Shown: piece after piece, positions 7,060-17,100 of the stretch | Layout of the letters: each line of letters starts with the position of its first letter | Position numbering within the stretch: the stretch's first letter is position 1 | Virus record (IMG/VR): IMGVR_UViG_3300046001_002592 | Coordinates: 1-25,173 of that record | From: a virus | Taxonomy: Duplodnaviria > Caudoviricetes | Reading direction: 5' to 3' (one strand) | Length of the DNA stretch: 25,173 nt | The notes under the pieces: generated by a model | The model's database searches: none | What the model was told of the DNA's origin: nothing | The model's input: the letters and a program-made list of their open reading frames with translations, nothing else | Translations under genes and position numbers: made by a program

Positions 7060-7544
7060 GTGAGAAGAATCCAGAAGGAAGGCCAACCAAGTTCAAGCCT
7101 GAGTTTGTAAAGCAGGCTTACGAAATGGCTTTGCTCGGTATAACTGACGCACAGATGGCAGCAATCTTCGATGTTACTGAGCAAACATTAAACAACTGGA
7201 AGAAAGAGATTCCGGAGTTTTTTGAGTCCTTAAAAGAAGGAAAGCATGGCGCTGATGCGAAAGTTGCTCAGAGCCTATACAAACGCGCAACAGGCTACGA
7301 ACACAAGGCGGTAAAGATTAGTTCTAATCCGAATGGCGATGAACATGTTACAGAATTCACAGAGCGATTCCCCCCTGACACAACCGCAGCAATATTCTGG
7401 CTAAAGAATCGACAGCCTGATATGTGGCGCGATGTTCAACGCAAGGCGATTACTGACACAAGCGGCAATGACATAGAAAGACGAATGGGAGCAGATCATT
7501 TGCGCTCTGTCTTGGAGGCTGCGCTTGATGACGCGCCTGAGTGA
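7056..7544 (+). CDS. terS: Terminase small subunit
   Basis: GRPTKF, HTH TDAQMAAIFDVTEQTLNNWK, SLYKRATGY, PPDTTAAIFWLKNRQP. GTG start in a GTGA overlap. Confidence 0.9.
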   Translation: MSEKNPEGRPTKFKPEFVKQAYEMALLGITDAQMAAIFDVTEQTLNNWKKEIPEFFESLKEGKHGADAKVAQSLYKRATGYEHKAVKISSNPNGDEHVTEFTERFPPDTTAAIFWLKNRQPDMWRDVQRKAITDTSGNDIERRMGADHLRSVLEAALDDAPE

Positions 7545-8964
7545 AACTGCCTTAGTTGCTTCGTACAATCATCTTCTGTCGTATGTTCGCTACCAATTCC
7601 CCGGCTACAAGATTGGCAAGCATCACAGACAAATAGCTGATGCACTGATGGCGGTAGAGCGGGGCGAGATAAAGCGGTTAGTAATTCAGGCTCCGGCGCG
7701 TCATGGTAAGTCGTTGCTTACCTCTGAATACTTCCCTGCATGGTTCTTGGGGAGAAATCCTGATAAATACATAATGACCGCAACTTACGGCCAAGAGTTA
7801 GCTGATGACTTCGGGCGCAAGGTTCGTAATCAAATGCGCTCTGAAGAACATCGGGAAGTGTTTCCAAAATGCAAACTGTCAGAGGATAGTCAGTCTGCAT
7901 CACGATTCAGCACAGATAGCGGCGGAAGCTATTTTGCTTTAGGTGTAGGAGGTGCAGCAACAGGACGAGGCGCACACTTGCTGGTGATTGATGATCCGAT
8001 TAAAGGGCGAGAAGAAGCCGATAGCGATACTTACCGCAAGCGTCTGAGAGATTGGTATCTATCAGTTGCTTACACTCGCTTGATGCCTGGTGGCGCAATC
8101 ATCATCATGAACACGCGCTGGCATGAAGAGGATTTAACCGGATGGGTATTAACTGAACATACGCACGAAAACTGGACAGTTATCGACCTTCCTGCATTGG
8201 ATGACAAAGGTAACGCGCTCTGGCCTGAACAATACGATGAAGTGGCATTAGCCAGGATCAAGCAAACTATCGGCCAGCGTGAGTGGCAAGCACTGTACAT
8301 GCAGCGTCCTGCGCCTGATACGGGTGATTACTTCAAGCGGGATTGGTTCAAGTCATACGACAAAGCACCGAAACATCTTCGGATATATGGCGCAAGTGAC
8401 TACGCTGTAACGGCTGACGGTGGCGACTTCACAGAACATGGAGTTATCGGGATTGATCCCGAAGGCGAGGTTTATCTACTGGACTGGTGGTCAGGCCAAA
8501 CAACTTCGGACGTATGGATTGAGACTCAACTAGATCTAATCGACAAGTGGAAGCCTCAATGCTGGATAGGCGAATCAGGGCCAATACGTCGAAGCGTAGA
8601 GCCGTTCCTTATCAGAAGGATGAAAGAGCGCCGCTCGTTGTGTCGCCTGGAGTGGTTGCCTTCGATACACGATAAGCCAACACGATGCCGGCCATTTCAA
8701 GCAATGGCTGCGTCAGGCATGGTCTATCTGCCAACAAAAGAGGATTGGGCGCAGCGTTTGTTACGCCAGTTGCTAACCTTCCCGGTTGGTGTGTTTGATG
8801 ATGCGGTGGATGTGCTCTCTCTGCTCGGTAGATTCCTCGATCAGATGCGTGATGCGCGTGTTCCAGCAGCGCAACCGATTAAGCCGAAGGTTGGCACATT
8901 CGCCCACCTTTTAGAAATGACTGACGAGCGCAAAGAGCCTAGCAAGTACCGTTCTCTTCGCTGA
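7528..8964 (+). CDS. terL: Terminase large subunit
   Basis: Walker A PARHGKS, Walker B LVIDDPIK, TRWHEEDL, C-terminal nuclease FP...DDAVD. ATG 7528 (or TTG 7525) after GGAGG. Confidence 0.95.
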   Translation: MTRLSETALVASYNHLLSYVRYQFPGYKIGKHHRQIADALMAVERGEIKRLVIQAPARHGKSLLTSEYFPAWFLGRNPDKYIMTATYGQELADDFGRKVRNQMRSEEHREVFPKCKLSEDSQSASRFSTDSGGSYFALGVGGAATGRGAHLLVIDDPIKGREEADSDTYRKRLRDWYLSVAYTRLMPGGAIIIMNTRWHEEDLTGWVLTEHTHENWTVIDLPALDDKGNALWPEQYDEVALARIKQTIGQREWQALYMQRPAPDTGDYFKRDWFKSYDKAPKHLRIYGASDYAVTADGGDFTEHGVIGIDPEGEVYLLDWWSGQTTSDVWIETQLDLIDKWKPQCWIGESGPIRRSVEPFLIRRMKERRSLCRLEWLPSIHDKPTRCRPFQAMAASGMVYLPTKEDWAQRLLRQLLTFPVGVFDDAVDVLSLLGRFLDQMRDARVPAAQPIKPKVGTFAHLLEMTDERKEPSKYRSLR

Positions 8965-8994
8965 TTTATCACGTTCAAACATAGTCCGTATAAA
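8964..8994 (+). promoter_or_regulatory. Late promoter motif, copy 1
   Basis: ATTTATCACGTTCAAA-N8-GTATAAA, identical to the copy at 20448-20478; lies upstream of the portal operon. Confidence 0.75.
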
Positions 8995-9001
8995 CGGGCG
9001 C

Positions 9002-9316
9002 ATGGATGAACTACTGCGTGTCTGTCAGGGCTTGAGTGCTACTCGCCCACAAATCAATCTAGAGCAATTACTGGCTCTGGTTGAGCCGTCTGCAACGTTT
9101 GAAGCCCATATTCCTGCTGAAACTGGCAGGGATTTTTGGGTATATACAGTGGATGGCAACACGCTGGAAGGCGAGGCGATTGTGGTACGTGCTTCTCTGC
9201 CTAACCAAGCGGAAGCAATGGCTCAAGAAGGGCTACACGACACAATCAAAGCAGCTAACAAGTTCAATGCGAATACAGGCTTACAAGCCGAAGTGGAAGT
9301 GCGAGGCGTTGAATGA
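9002..9316 (+). CDS. Hypothetical protein
   Basis: 104-aa ORF overlapping the portal start (ATGA). ATG is 7 nt after TATAAA with no SD. Confidence 0.7.
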   Translation: MDELLRVCQGLSATRPQINLEQLLALVEPSATFEAHIPAETGRDFWVYTVDGNTLEGEAIVVRASLPNQAEAMAQEGLHDTIKAANKFNANTGLQAEVEVRGVE

Positions 9317-11712
9317 GCTATACCGAAGAAGACAAGCAGGATGATGACGTATCGGATCAGTCCAAAGCACTCGCTAAACAGTGGGGCAAGCGACTCGACA
9401 AGGCTTTAAAGCAACGCAAGGACGACAAGGTAGAGAAGCGTTACAAAGAGCTTCGCGCCTATGTCCGTGGTGATGTCGGTGATGATGGCGAGACAGGTTT
9501 AGTCCGTACAAACATCATTCACTCCAATTTCGCGGCTATTCTTCCGCAGATTTACGCTAAAAACCCTGAAATCGCCGTTACGCCGAGTGAAAACGTCGGC
9601 AATGTCGTTCCTTGGGTTCCGGGCTTCTGCAAAACGCTGCAATCAGTCATTGCGCGTAAGTTCGTTACTGAAGGAAAGCTGAAGAAACGGGCGAAATCGT
9701 CAATTCGTTCAGCCATGACTACCGCAACAGGATGGGCGAAAGTCAGTTGGCAGCGTGATGTTCGTACTGATCCGCTCATAGACAACCGTTTGAACGATAC
9801 GCAGGACAATCTCCAGCGTATTAAGTACCTGATTGATGAAATTAAAGAAGATGATGACTCCCGCTGTGAGTTGGAAGCGAAACAAGGCGAACTAGAGCAG
9901 CAACTTCGCCAGCTTCAACAGCAAGCAGAGGTTAAAACTGTCTCCGGTATCGCCATTGACCGCATTCTGACTGAGGATGTGTTTGTCCTGGACGATACGA
10001 TCTATGATTTCGACCAGTACGACCAAGCAGAAGCCATTGCTCACCGTGTATGGATGACTGAGGAGCAATACGAAGAGACTTTCGGTAAAGATGTACCGAA
10101 AACCTCGAATAAGTACGGTGCTGACAAGAAAGAATCCTCTTCAAGTGCTGAAGATGACAAAGTTCTACTTGTGGCAGTGTTTGAGGTATGGAACAAGACC
10201 TCTAACACGGTATATACCCTGTGCGCTGGCGCTGATGAATGGGCGCGTGATCCTTACACTCCGCAGACACTAGGGAAACGGTTCTATCCGTTCTTTGCGC
10301 TGGCGTTCAATCCGGTAGATGGGCGTGTCGATCCTATCTCCGATGCCGAACTGCTTGTAGAGCTTCAGGACGAGTACAACACTACCCGGACGAACTACGC
10401 TGAACACCGTAAAGAGAATCTCCCGGTTCGCGTCTATCGCAAGTCAGGTGATCTGACGGACAAAGACATTGCATCCCTTGCGAATCGCTCTGCTAATCAA
10501 TGGGTAGGTCTTGAAGGTGATCCTTCGCAGCCGATTGAGAAAGATATTGCGATTCTTCAGAATCCTCCGGTTGATCCGAATACCTACGATGTTCAGCCGA
10601 TTCTCCGCGATGCTGAAATGGTGCTTGGTGCTGGTGATGCGGCTAAAGGCACGATCAACAAAGCCAAGACTGCTACTGAAGCTGAAATCATGGCGCAGGG
10701 GCTTCAATCCCGCGTTGCTGAACGTCAGGACGTTGTTGAAGATTGGATTGGCGAAATGGCTCAGTATGCTGCTGAGTTGTGCCTGCAAGAGATGTCACTC
10801 CCTGAAGTCCAACGCATTGCAGGTCAAGATGCTGTTTGGCCTCAGATGGACAAAGAGCAAATCTTTGACCTCGTGAATATCGAAATTCGCGCAGGTTCGG
10901 CAGGGCGTCCGAATAAAGCCAAAGAGCGCGAACAGTGGGGTCAGATGCTCCCGCAGATTCAGCAATCAGTTACTCAGATTGCTCAGTTACGCGAACAAGG
11001 CCAGAACGATATGGCTGAATCCATGATGAAACTCATGGAAGAAACGCTACGCAGGTTTGACGAGCGCATTGATATTGAATCGTTCATGCCGCAGCGTAAA
11101 GAAGGCGAAGAAGCCCCGCAGATTCCTCCTGAAATGCAGCAACAGATGCAGCAAATGCAAATGGGTATGCAGCAGATGCAGGAAGAGAACGCACAGCTTA
11201 AGCAAGTGGCTGAAGGTAAGCAGGCTGAAATGCAGATGGCTTCGCAACGTCTTGACTTCGACATGAAGAAAGCTGGTGCAGAGATTGAGGCTAAATCTAC
11301 TCAGGCTCAACAGGACGCACAGATACGCCTGCAAGAGGCTCAGATCAAAGCGGAAGCTGACATGCAGGCCAAGGTAGCAGTCGCTCAACTTAACGCAGAG
11401 CTAGAGCGCGAAAAGATAGCCTCTAACGAGCGTATTGAGTTGGCTAAGTCAATGATGCAAGCCAGTACCCAAGCCAAGCAAATGCAAGTGGAAAGCGCCA
11501 TAGAAGGCGAACAGCAAGCCTCTGAGGAAAACAACGCAGAAGCCATGAACAACATGGCTGAAATGCTCAAAGCCATGCAGGAGGCTATCGGGCAAATGGG
11601 TAATCAGTTCTCACAATCTTTGATGCAGTTCAACGCACCGAAAAGGGTTATTCGTGATCCGATTACCGGCGATATGGTTGGCGTTGAGTCCGTACAGGTG
11701 ACGATGCAATGA
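9313..11712 (+). CDS. Portal protein with long Q/M-rich coiled-coil C-terminus
   Basis: 799 aa following terL; TATEAEI motif and internal and C-terminal coiled coils as in podovirus (P22-like) portals. Confidence 0.85.
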   Translation: MSYTEEDKQDDDVSDQSKALAKQWGKRLDKALKQRKDDKVEKRYKELRAYVRGDVGDDGETGLVRTNIIHSNFAAILPQIYAKNPEIAVTPSENVGNVVPWVPGFCKTLQSVIARKFVTEGKLKKRAKSSIRSAMTTATGWAKVSWQRDVRTDPLIDNRLNDTQDNLQRIKYLIDEIKEDDDSRCELEAKQGELEQQLRQLQQQAEVKTVSGIAIDRILTEDVFVLDDTIYDFDQYDQAEAIAHRVWMTEEQYEETFGKDVPKTSNKYGADKKESSSSAEDDKVLLVAVFEVWNKTSNTVYTLCAGADEWARDPYTPQTLGKRFYPFFALAFNPVDGRVDPISDAELLVELQDEYNTTRTNYAEHRKENLPVRVYRKSGDLTDKDIASLANRSANQWVGLEGDPSQPIEKDIAILQNPPVDPNTYDVQPILRDAEMVLGAGDAAKGTINKAKTATEAEIMAQGLQSRVAERQDVVEDWIGEMAQYAAELCLQEMSLPEVQRIAGQDAVWPQMDKEQIFDLVNIEIRAGSAGRPNKAKEREQWGQMLPQIQQSVTQIAQLREQGQNDMAESMMKLMEETLRRFDERIDIESFMPQRKEGEEAPQIPPEMQQQMQQMQMGMQQMQEENAQLKQVAEGKQAEMQMASQRLDFDMKKAGAEIEAKSTQAQQDAQIRLQEAQIKAEADMQAKVAVAQLNAELEREKIASNERIELAKSMMQASTQAKQMQVESAIEGEQQASEENNAEAMNNMAEMLKAMQEAIGQMGNQFSQSLMQFNAPKRVIRDPITGDMVGVESVQVTMQ

Positions 11713-12188
11713 ACGACGAACCTGACCTCCGACACCCGCACGGCTGGACTGGCGAAGAACGCCGGGGCATTGACGGCATCACCCTGAAACTTATGACAGA
11801 GGTTCGTGTAGCGATGGAAAACCACGAGAAGAAGGAAGAGTCGAAATTCACCGAACTCAAGGCCGAGATTCGGGAGAACCGCGAAGAATCAGATGTTCGC
11901 CATGCTGAAGTGCTGAACCGCTTCAACAACATGCAGTCCTCGACCATGACCCTGCTCCAGACCAACAACGCTACGACGAACGAAATCCACAAGATGTTCA
12001 AGGAAGCATTCCCTGAAGGTGATGTGCAGGCGCACCGCAAGGCGCATGAGGCTTGGATTGAGAAGGACAAGGCCGACAAAGATTTCTGGGTGAAGCTGAA
12101 ACTGGAAGTGGTTAAGTGGGGCGTGCTTGCAGCTACTGGCTGGGCCGGCATCGCGCTGTGGGCTGCATTCGTTCAGGGGCCGAAATGA
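11709..12188 (+). CDS. Coiled-coil protein with C-terminal TM helix, possibly lysis-associated
   Basis: C-terminal hydrophobic WGVLAATGWAGIALWAAFV; lies upstream of the endolysin. Confidence 0.7.
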   Translation: MNDEPDLRHPHGWTGEERRGIDGITLKLMTEVRVAMENHEKKEESKFTELKAEIRENREESDVRHAEVLNRFNNMQSSTMTLLQTNNATTNEIHKMFKEAFPEGDVQAHRKAHEAWIEKDKADKDFWVKLKLEVVKWGVLAATGWAGIALWAAFVQGPK

Positions 12189-12274
12189 CCGTGTTTGAAA
12201 CCGCAATCGCAGTCGTCATCGTCTTTGCAGTCTTGCTGGTATCTACCGCGCTCATGGACGATTTTGACGAATGA
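12185..12274 (+). CDS. 29-aa single-TM peptide (not in the ORF track)
   Basis: MTVFETAIAVVIVFAVLLVSTALMDDFDE; ATGA overlaps at both ends fill the gap exactly. Confidence 0.65.
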   Translation: MTVFETAIAVVIVFAVLLVSTALMDDFDE

Positions 12275-12588
12275 AACTCAGTATTGAAAACGGCAAGCTG
12301 TATCTCAACAATGTTCGATTCTCACTCGCAGAGGAACTCAATGGACGCGGCAATTTACCAACTGGCAGACATAAAGTCGAAGCGAGATACAGCCATCACC
12401 ACGGCAAAGTTCTACCCCACATTGAGGGTTGCGGATGGATTGGCTCTACTACTGACAGCACAATCGTTTTGGGCGAGGTACGCGCTGGCGGTGGCCTCAT
12501 TCCAGACGGCAATACTGTCCAGCGCCTTGTCGAACGAATCGAAATCGAGACGGATACCGGTGGGGCCGTACTGATGGAAATCAAATGA
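12271..12588 (+). CDS. Hypothetical protein, DUF5675-like but degenerate
   Basis: LPTGRHKVEARYSHHHGKVLP...IVLG recalls the DUF5675 pattern IPxGxYxV..S..F...LP...ILVG (from memory). Confidence 0.5.
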   Translation: MKLSIENGKLYLNNVRFSLAEELNGRGNLPTGRHKVEARYSHHHGKVLPHIEGCGWIGSTTDSTIVLGEVRAGGGLIPDGNTVQRLVERIEIETDTGGAVLMEIK

Positions 12589-12701
12589 TCCCCAACTGGC
12601 TATTCTGGATACCTGTCTTCTTGCTCCTTCTGGTGATGGGCGGGTTCAGCATTTCCGTGTGGGAGTTTATTTGGGAAGCTGTGAGGTGTAGTAATGGCTG
12701 A
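12585..12701 (+). CDS. 38-aa hydrophobic Trp-rich peptide (not in the ORF track)
   Basis: MIPNWLFWIPVFLLLLVMGGFSISVWEFIWEAVRCSNG; ATGA overlap upstream and 8-nt overlap with the endolysin. Confidence 0.6.
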   Translation: MIPNWLFWIPVFLLLLVMGGFSISVWEFIWEAVRCSNG

Positions 12702-13200
12702 TTTCAACATCGCCTTTGAAAAGACGCTGCTGGCCGAAGGTGGCTACAAACTAACAGATATTGCCAATGATCGCGGAGGTCAGACGTATGCAGGCATCGC
12801 ACGCAAGGCGAACCCTAATTGGCTCGGCTGGAACGCTATCGATGCAGGCGGCACGCCGCCGTCAGAGCTTGTTCGTCAGTTCTACAAGCTCACCTACTGG
12901 GACTCGCTCCGCTGCGACTCCATCATCAACCAGTCCGTTGCAGAATCAATCTACGACTTCGGCGTCAATGCCGGGGTAAAGACTTCCGCAAAGCTGGCGC
13001 AGATCGTTGTCGGCGTTACGCCTGACGGTGTGGTCGGTCAGAAGACATTGATGGCGATCAACTCAATGCAAGCCGAGCAGTTTCGTCCTGCCTTTTCGCT
13101 GGCAAAAATTGCGCGTTATCGGGACATCGTTCAACGCGACAAGTCGCAGATCAAGTTCCTGATGGGCTGGCTTAACCGCACTTTGAAGGATGCAGCATGA
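12694..13200 (+). CDS. Endolysin, glycoside hydrolase family 108 with peptidoglycan-binding C-terminus
   Basis: EGGY...DRGGQTYAGI, DFGVNAG, DGVVGQKT, FLMGWLNR. Confidence 0.92.
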   Translation: MADFNIAFEKTLLAEGGYKLTDIANDRGGQTYAGIARKANPNWLGWNAIDAGGTPPSELVRQFYKLTYWDSLRCDSIINQSVAESIYDFGVNAGVKTSAKLAQIVVGVTPDGVVGQKTLMAINSMQAEQFRPAFSLAKIARYRDIVQRDKSQIKFLMGWLNRTLKDAA

Positions 13201-13589
13201 CCCCGATCATTGGCGATGTCATCGCAACAGTCGGCAAGCTGGCCGGCGACCTCATCACGACTGAGAAAGAAACCCGTCAGCTAGATATTGACGAGTACAA
13301 GGCCGAGACTGAGCGCCTAACGGCACAGACCGACATCAACAAAGAAGAGGCGAAATCATCCTCGCTGTGGGTGTCTGGTGCGCGCCCGTTCATCATGTGG
13401 GTGTGCGGTGTGGCCTTCGCTTACGCAACAGTGTTTGAGCCTGTCCTACGCTTCGCCAGCAAGGTCTGGTTCGGTTATGCCGGGGATTTCCCGGTGATCG
13501 ATACCAACCTGACGATGCAAGTCCTGTTCGGCATCCTTGGCTTGGGCGTGATGCGCAGCTTCGACAAGAAAGTCGGGACAGCCAAATGA
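13197..13589 (+). CDS. Holin (GTA 3TM-type family)
   Basis: INKEEA..SLWVSGARPFIMWVCG and LGLG.MRSFDK motifs; directly follows the endolysin. Confidence 0.85.
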   Translation: MTPIIGDVIATVGKLAGDLITTEKETRQLDIDEYKAETERLTAQTDINKEEAKSSSLWVSGARPFIMWVCGVAFAYATVFEPVLRFASKVWFGYAGDFPVIDTNLTMQVLFGILGLGVMRSFDKKVGTAK

Positions 13590-13819
13590 GCCTGCGCAAC
13601 GTCGCCATCGCAATCGACCAGCTATTCAACACGCTGCTTGGCTCTGAGCCTGACGAAACGCTGTCCGCTCGTTGCTATCGGCTGCGGTTGGTTTCAATGC
13701 CGTGGCGTATCGCGCAGATCGTTATCGACGCAATCTTTTTCTGGCAAGACCAGCACTGCAAGGCTTCGTACTTCTCGGAGTACGAGCGCAAACAACTTCC
13801 CGGCGAGTATAGAAAATGA
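13586..13819 (+). CDS. Conserved hypothetical phage protein
   Basis: IAIDQLFNTLLG..PDETLSAR...IDAIFFW..HC, a pattern common near phage tail and lysis genes. Confidence 0.8.
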   Translation: MSLRNVAIAIDQLFNTLLGSEPDETLSARCYRLRLVSMPWRIAQIVIDAIFFWQDQHCKASYFSEYERKQLPGEYRK

Positions 13820-14181
13820 GCAACTGGATTGTAGAAAACCGACTGACCGGCGAAGTGGTTTATGCCTACGGTGCTGACACGGCAACCGAATGGCCTGAAT
13901 ATCCGTTCGCTGAGTTCAACCACATTGCTGAAAAACCTGCTGTCGTCGCGCCGGTTCAACGCACGATCACCAAGCTGGAATATCTACGCCGTTTTACTGG
14001 CGAAGAACACATCACAATCCGCGCTGCGTCCAAGGTAACGCCAGTGCTTGAGGACTATCTTGCGATGCTGGAACTGGCGCAGGACATCAATCTGGATGAT
14101 GTGGATACCGTGGCAGCGGTGCAGATGCTTGAAGGCGCTGGATTGATTGCCGTTGGTCGCGCTGCCGAGGTGCTTGCCTAA
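13816..14181 (+). CDS. Hypothetical protein, possibly tail-fibre-associated
   Basis: ITKLEYLRRFTGEE..I and GLIAVGRAAEVL motifs; coupled to the large adhesin-like gene. Confidence 0.7.
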   Translation: MSNWIVENRLTGEVVYAYGADTATEWPEYPFAEFNHIAEKPAVVAPVQRTITKLEYLRRFTGEEHITIRAASKVTPVLEDYLAMLELAQDINLDDVDTVAAVQMLEGAGLIAVGRAAEVLA

Positions 14182-17100
14182 TGGCAACCGTTTATTCGCT
14201 GATCTGCTTTGGTGGGCGCACGGGTAAAACCGTGTCGCTCTCTGCGACAACGGATGTGGTGACCCTGACAGATCATGGTCTGCGCAATGGCACGAAGCTG
14301 TGGCCTAGCGGCACTTTGCCAAGCGAATTAAATACCTCGACGCCGGTTTATGCACGATCAACCGCATCCAATACATTTACGCTGCACACTTCATCGGCTG
14401 GCGCGATTGCTAACACAGGGCAAATCTTTTTCATTGGTTCTTCGACCTTCGCTGCTGTTGTTCTCAAGTCTGATCTGGTTGGTGATCCGGCAAACTCGCT
14501 TGCCGCTTATGGGCTATCTGATCTGTCGCGGTGGGGATCGTCTGGAAGCGAAAGAATTTATGACGGCATCGCCAGCTTTGTTTCAAGCCGTTCTGGCGCA
14601 AGCCCGTTTGACGAAGAGATCGCAGAGATTGGCGAAGCATTCACAGAGCTGCGCACAAGCGCACTCGCGGTAACGCTTCCCTCCGGTGCGCTAAAGATTC
14701 ACACAAAGATTGGTGACATACGAACCCCGGCTTTTCATGCTGGGGCTGTCGGTGCTGGTTATATTTTTAGCCGCACGATGACCAATGGCGCTATCGGTTT
14801 AAACCTAACGCAGCTTGACACAGTATTAGACGGGTTCACTGTCGCAGCGCATTCGACTGGTCACATTAACGGCACAGGCGTGCAGCTTGGAGCTTACACC
14901 CGATGCCAGAAAATGATTGCGTCTGGCAATAGTTTGGCCGGTATAGGTTTTGCTGCAATTAACTCAGGCGCAAAGCTAGACACATGCTTATCGACTGGAT
15001 GGGCTTCCGGTGGTACGGGTATTCAGATAGCGCGTAATTTGAGCGCACTGTTCATCGTCAATACAACGTCGGCAGGCAACGATAACGGGATAACGGTGTT
15101 GTCAGGTTACACCTCGGGTATTGCTGGTTACTTTTACGGCAACGTCATTGCTGGAAACACGACAACTAACTGGCCATCTGTGTCAGGTCAGACCGTCGCT
15201 AGTTATAACGCAGGCGCAAGCGGAATGTGGGTTACTGGCGGTAATCCAACAATCACCGTGGGCAGTGGGGACTTCATCAATCTGGCAGGGGGTGATTATC
15301 GACCCGCTTTGTCCTCATCACCTCAAGTCGATACGGGGGTTGTTCCGTTTGGGTTTTCTGATCTTGACTTGGCTGACGAAGAGCGCCCGAATTACAACAA
15401 CGGTGGTGCTGAAGGGGTTGATGTCGGTTGTTTTGAGTTTGATAACGGTTATGGGCCGCATCCTACTTCGCTAACGCGGGGATTGGCTTTTACCGGGTTA
15501 GTGGCAGGTTCTGAGCTAAAGGTATTTGAAACCGGCACAACGACAACCGTATTTTCTGACACAAACACAGCAACTTCAGAAACATGGAGCGAAAATTCAA
15601 CCGGATCAAAGACCGTTGATTACACCATCCTTAAAGACGGTTATGTACCCATTCGGGTTTCGGGGATTACGGTAACTGGCGCTGATACTGGTGGCGTTCT
15701 TGCTACGCCTGTTCAGCAGGTTATAAGCCGCTCATGGGCTACGCCATCGGGCTTGACGCTAGGGTCTAACGCAACGATCACCGTAGGCACTAAACGGGTA
15801 ACGGTATCGGCAGCAACAACAGGGCAAAACTGGTTTAACTTCATGGTGCAGTGTTGGCGCACAGAATCATCTCTTGCGAATGTGCAGTTTCCATTCTCCG
15901 ACAATGGCCCTAACTCTTTCCAGCTTGCCGATGGTTGGCAGTTCTCAAGTGGATTGAACTACATCACCCGCGATGGTATCCGGTATGTGAATAGTTCAGG
16001 CGTGGTTACGGATGTATGGGCGGCGGTTCTCTCTACGGGTGTTCCTTCTGGCATGACTGTCCGGTATGCGCAATCTGACGGTGGTACGGTACAGAGCGCT
16101 ACAAATACCGGAAACATTGACCAACTCATCAAGATTTATGAAAACGGCTCTTATGATAGGACTGGTTTCCTTGTCCTGAAAGTTCAGGGCGACGGATACG
16201 ATCAAGCCGAGTTTGATCTGGTTGGCACATTCGGCACGCTAGAGGATCAGCTTTACGTGGCTGGTCTAGTTCCATTGGCTAACGGTATCGCATCTGGAAC
16301 GGTGACAGGTATCACGATTACCGATCATGGCGCTAGTCCAGTGACGTGGAATAGCAAACAGTTTTCCATCACGATTACTGATACTGGCTCGCATACCGGT
16401 GAGCAAATAGTCCAGTATGTTCGCGGCCTCAATTCATTCAACTACCACGATCTAGTTCAAACGAACGGCACAGAGTACAAGACTGTTCGCGGAAAACTGT
16501 ATGGTGACTCAGGCGCATCATTAAAGGGTGTTCGCGTAGTTCAGTCAGATGGCACAACGTCGCACGCTGATTTCAATCTACATACGGCTGACGATGGCAC
16601 GACCTACATTCCACCGCTTCCTCCCGCTGCTGCGGAAGCAACGATTCTTGCTGATAGTCGCGTTCAACTGTTCAACGTAACGACTGATACAGAGATTGAT
16701 AACGTCTTTGTCACTGGTACGGGTTACAGCTATGTGATTACGTCTGAAGCCTCCGATGGCGATGTTCTCCGCTTGAGAGTCTGCAAGCTCGGCAAAGAAG
16801 CCGGTGAAGCGTTTGCGGTGTGGGGTGCTTCAGGTGCGACGTTCCTGATAAGCCAGCCGGATAGCGCTGAATATACAACATGGGGAATTGACGGCTCTAC
16901 CGTTACAGAGTTCTCCGGTGATGTAACCGGGCATATCTACATTGACGCCAATGACCTTGACGGCGCAACCACTAAGACCCGTTTAGGTGCGTGGTATTCA
17001 TGGGTGCTAACAACTGAAATAGGTATTCGGCACTTCTTCGGTGCTATTACTTACGTTTCATCTGCGGCGATTCGGATCAATACCGACATTGCTGACATTC

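Noticed and set aside
12284-12574. Embedded ORF as Rz1-type o-spanin
   Set aside because: No hydrophobic signal peptide or lipobox.
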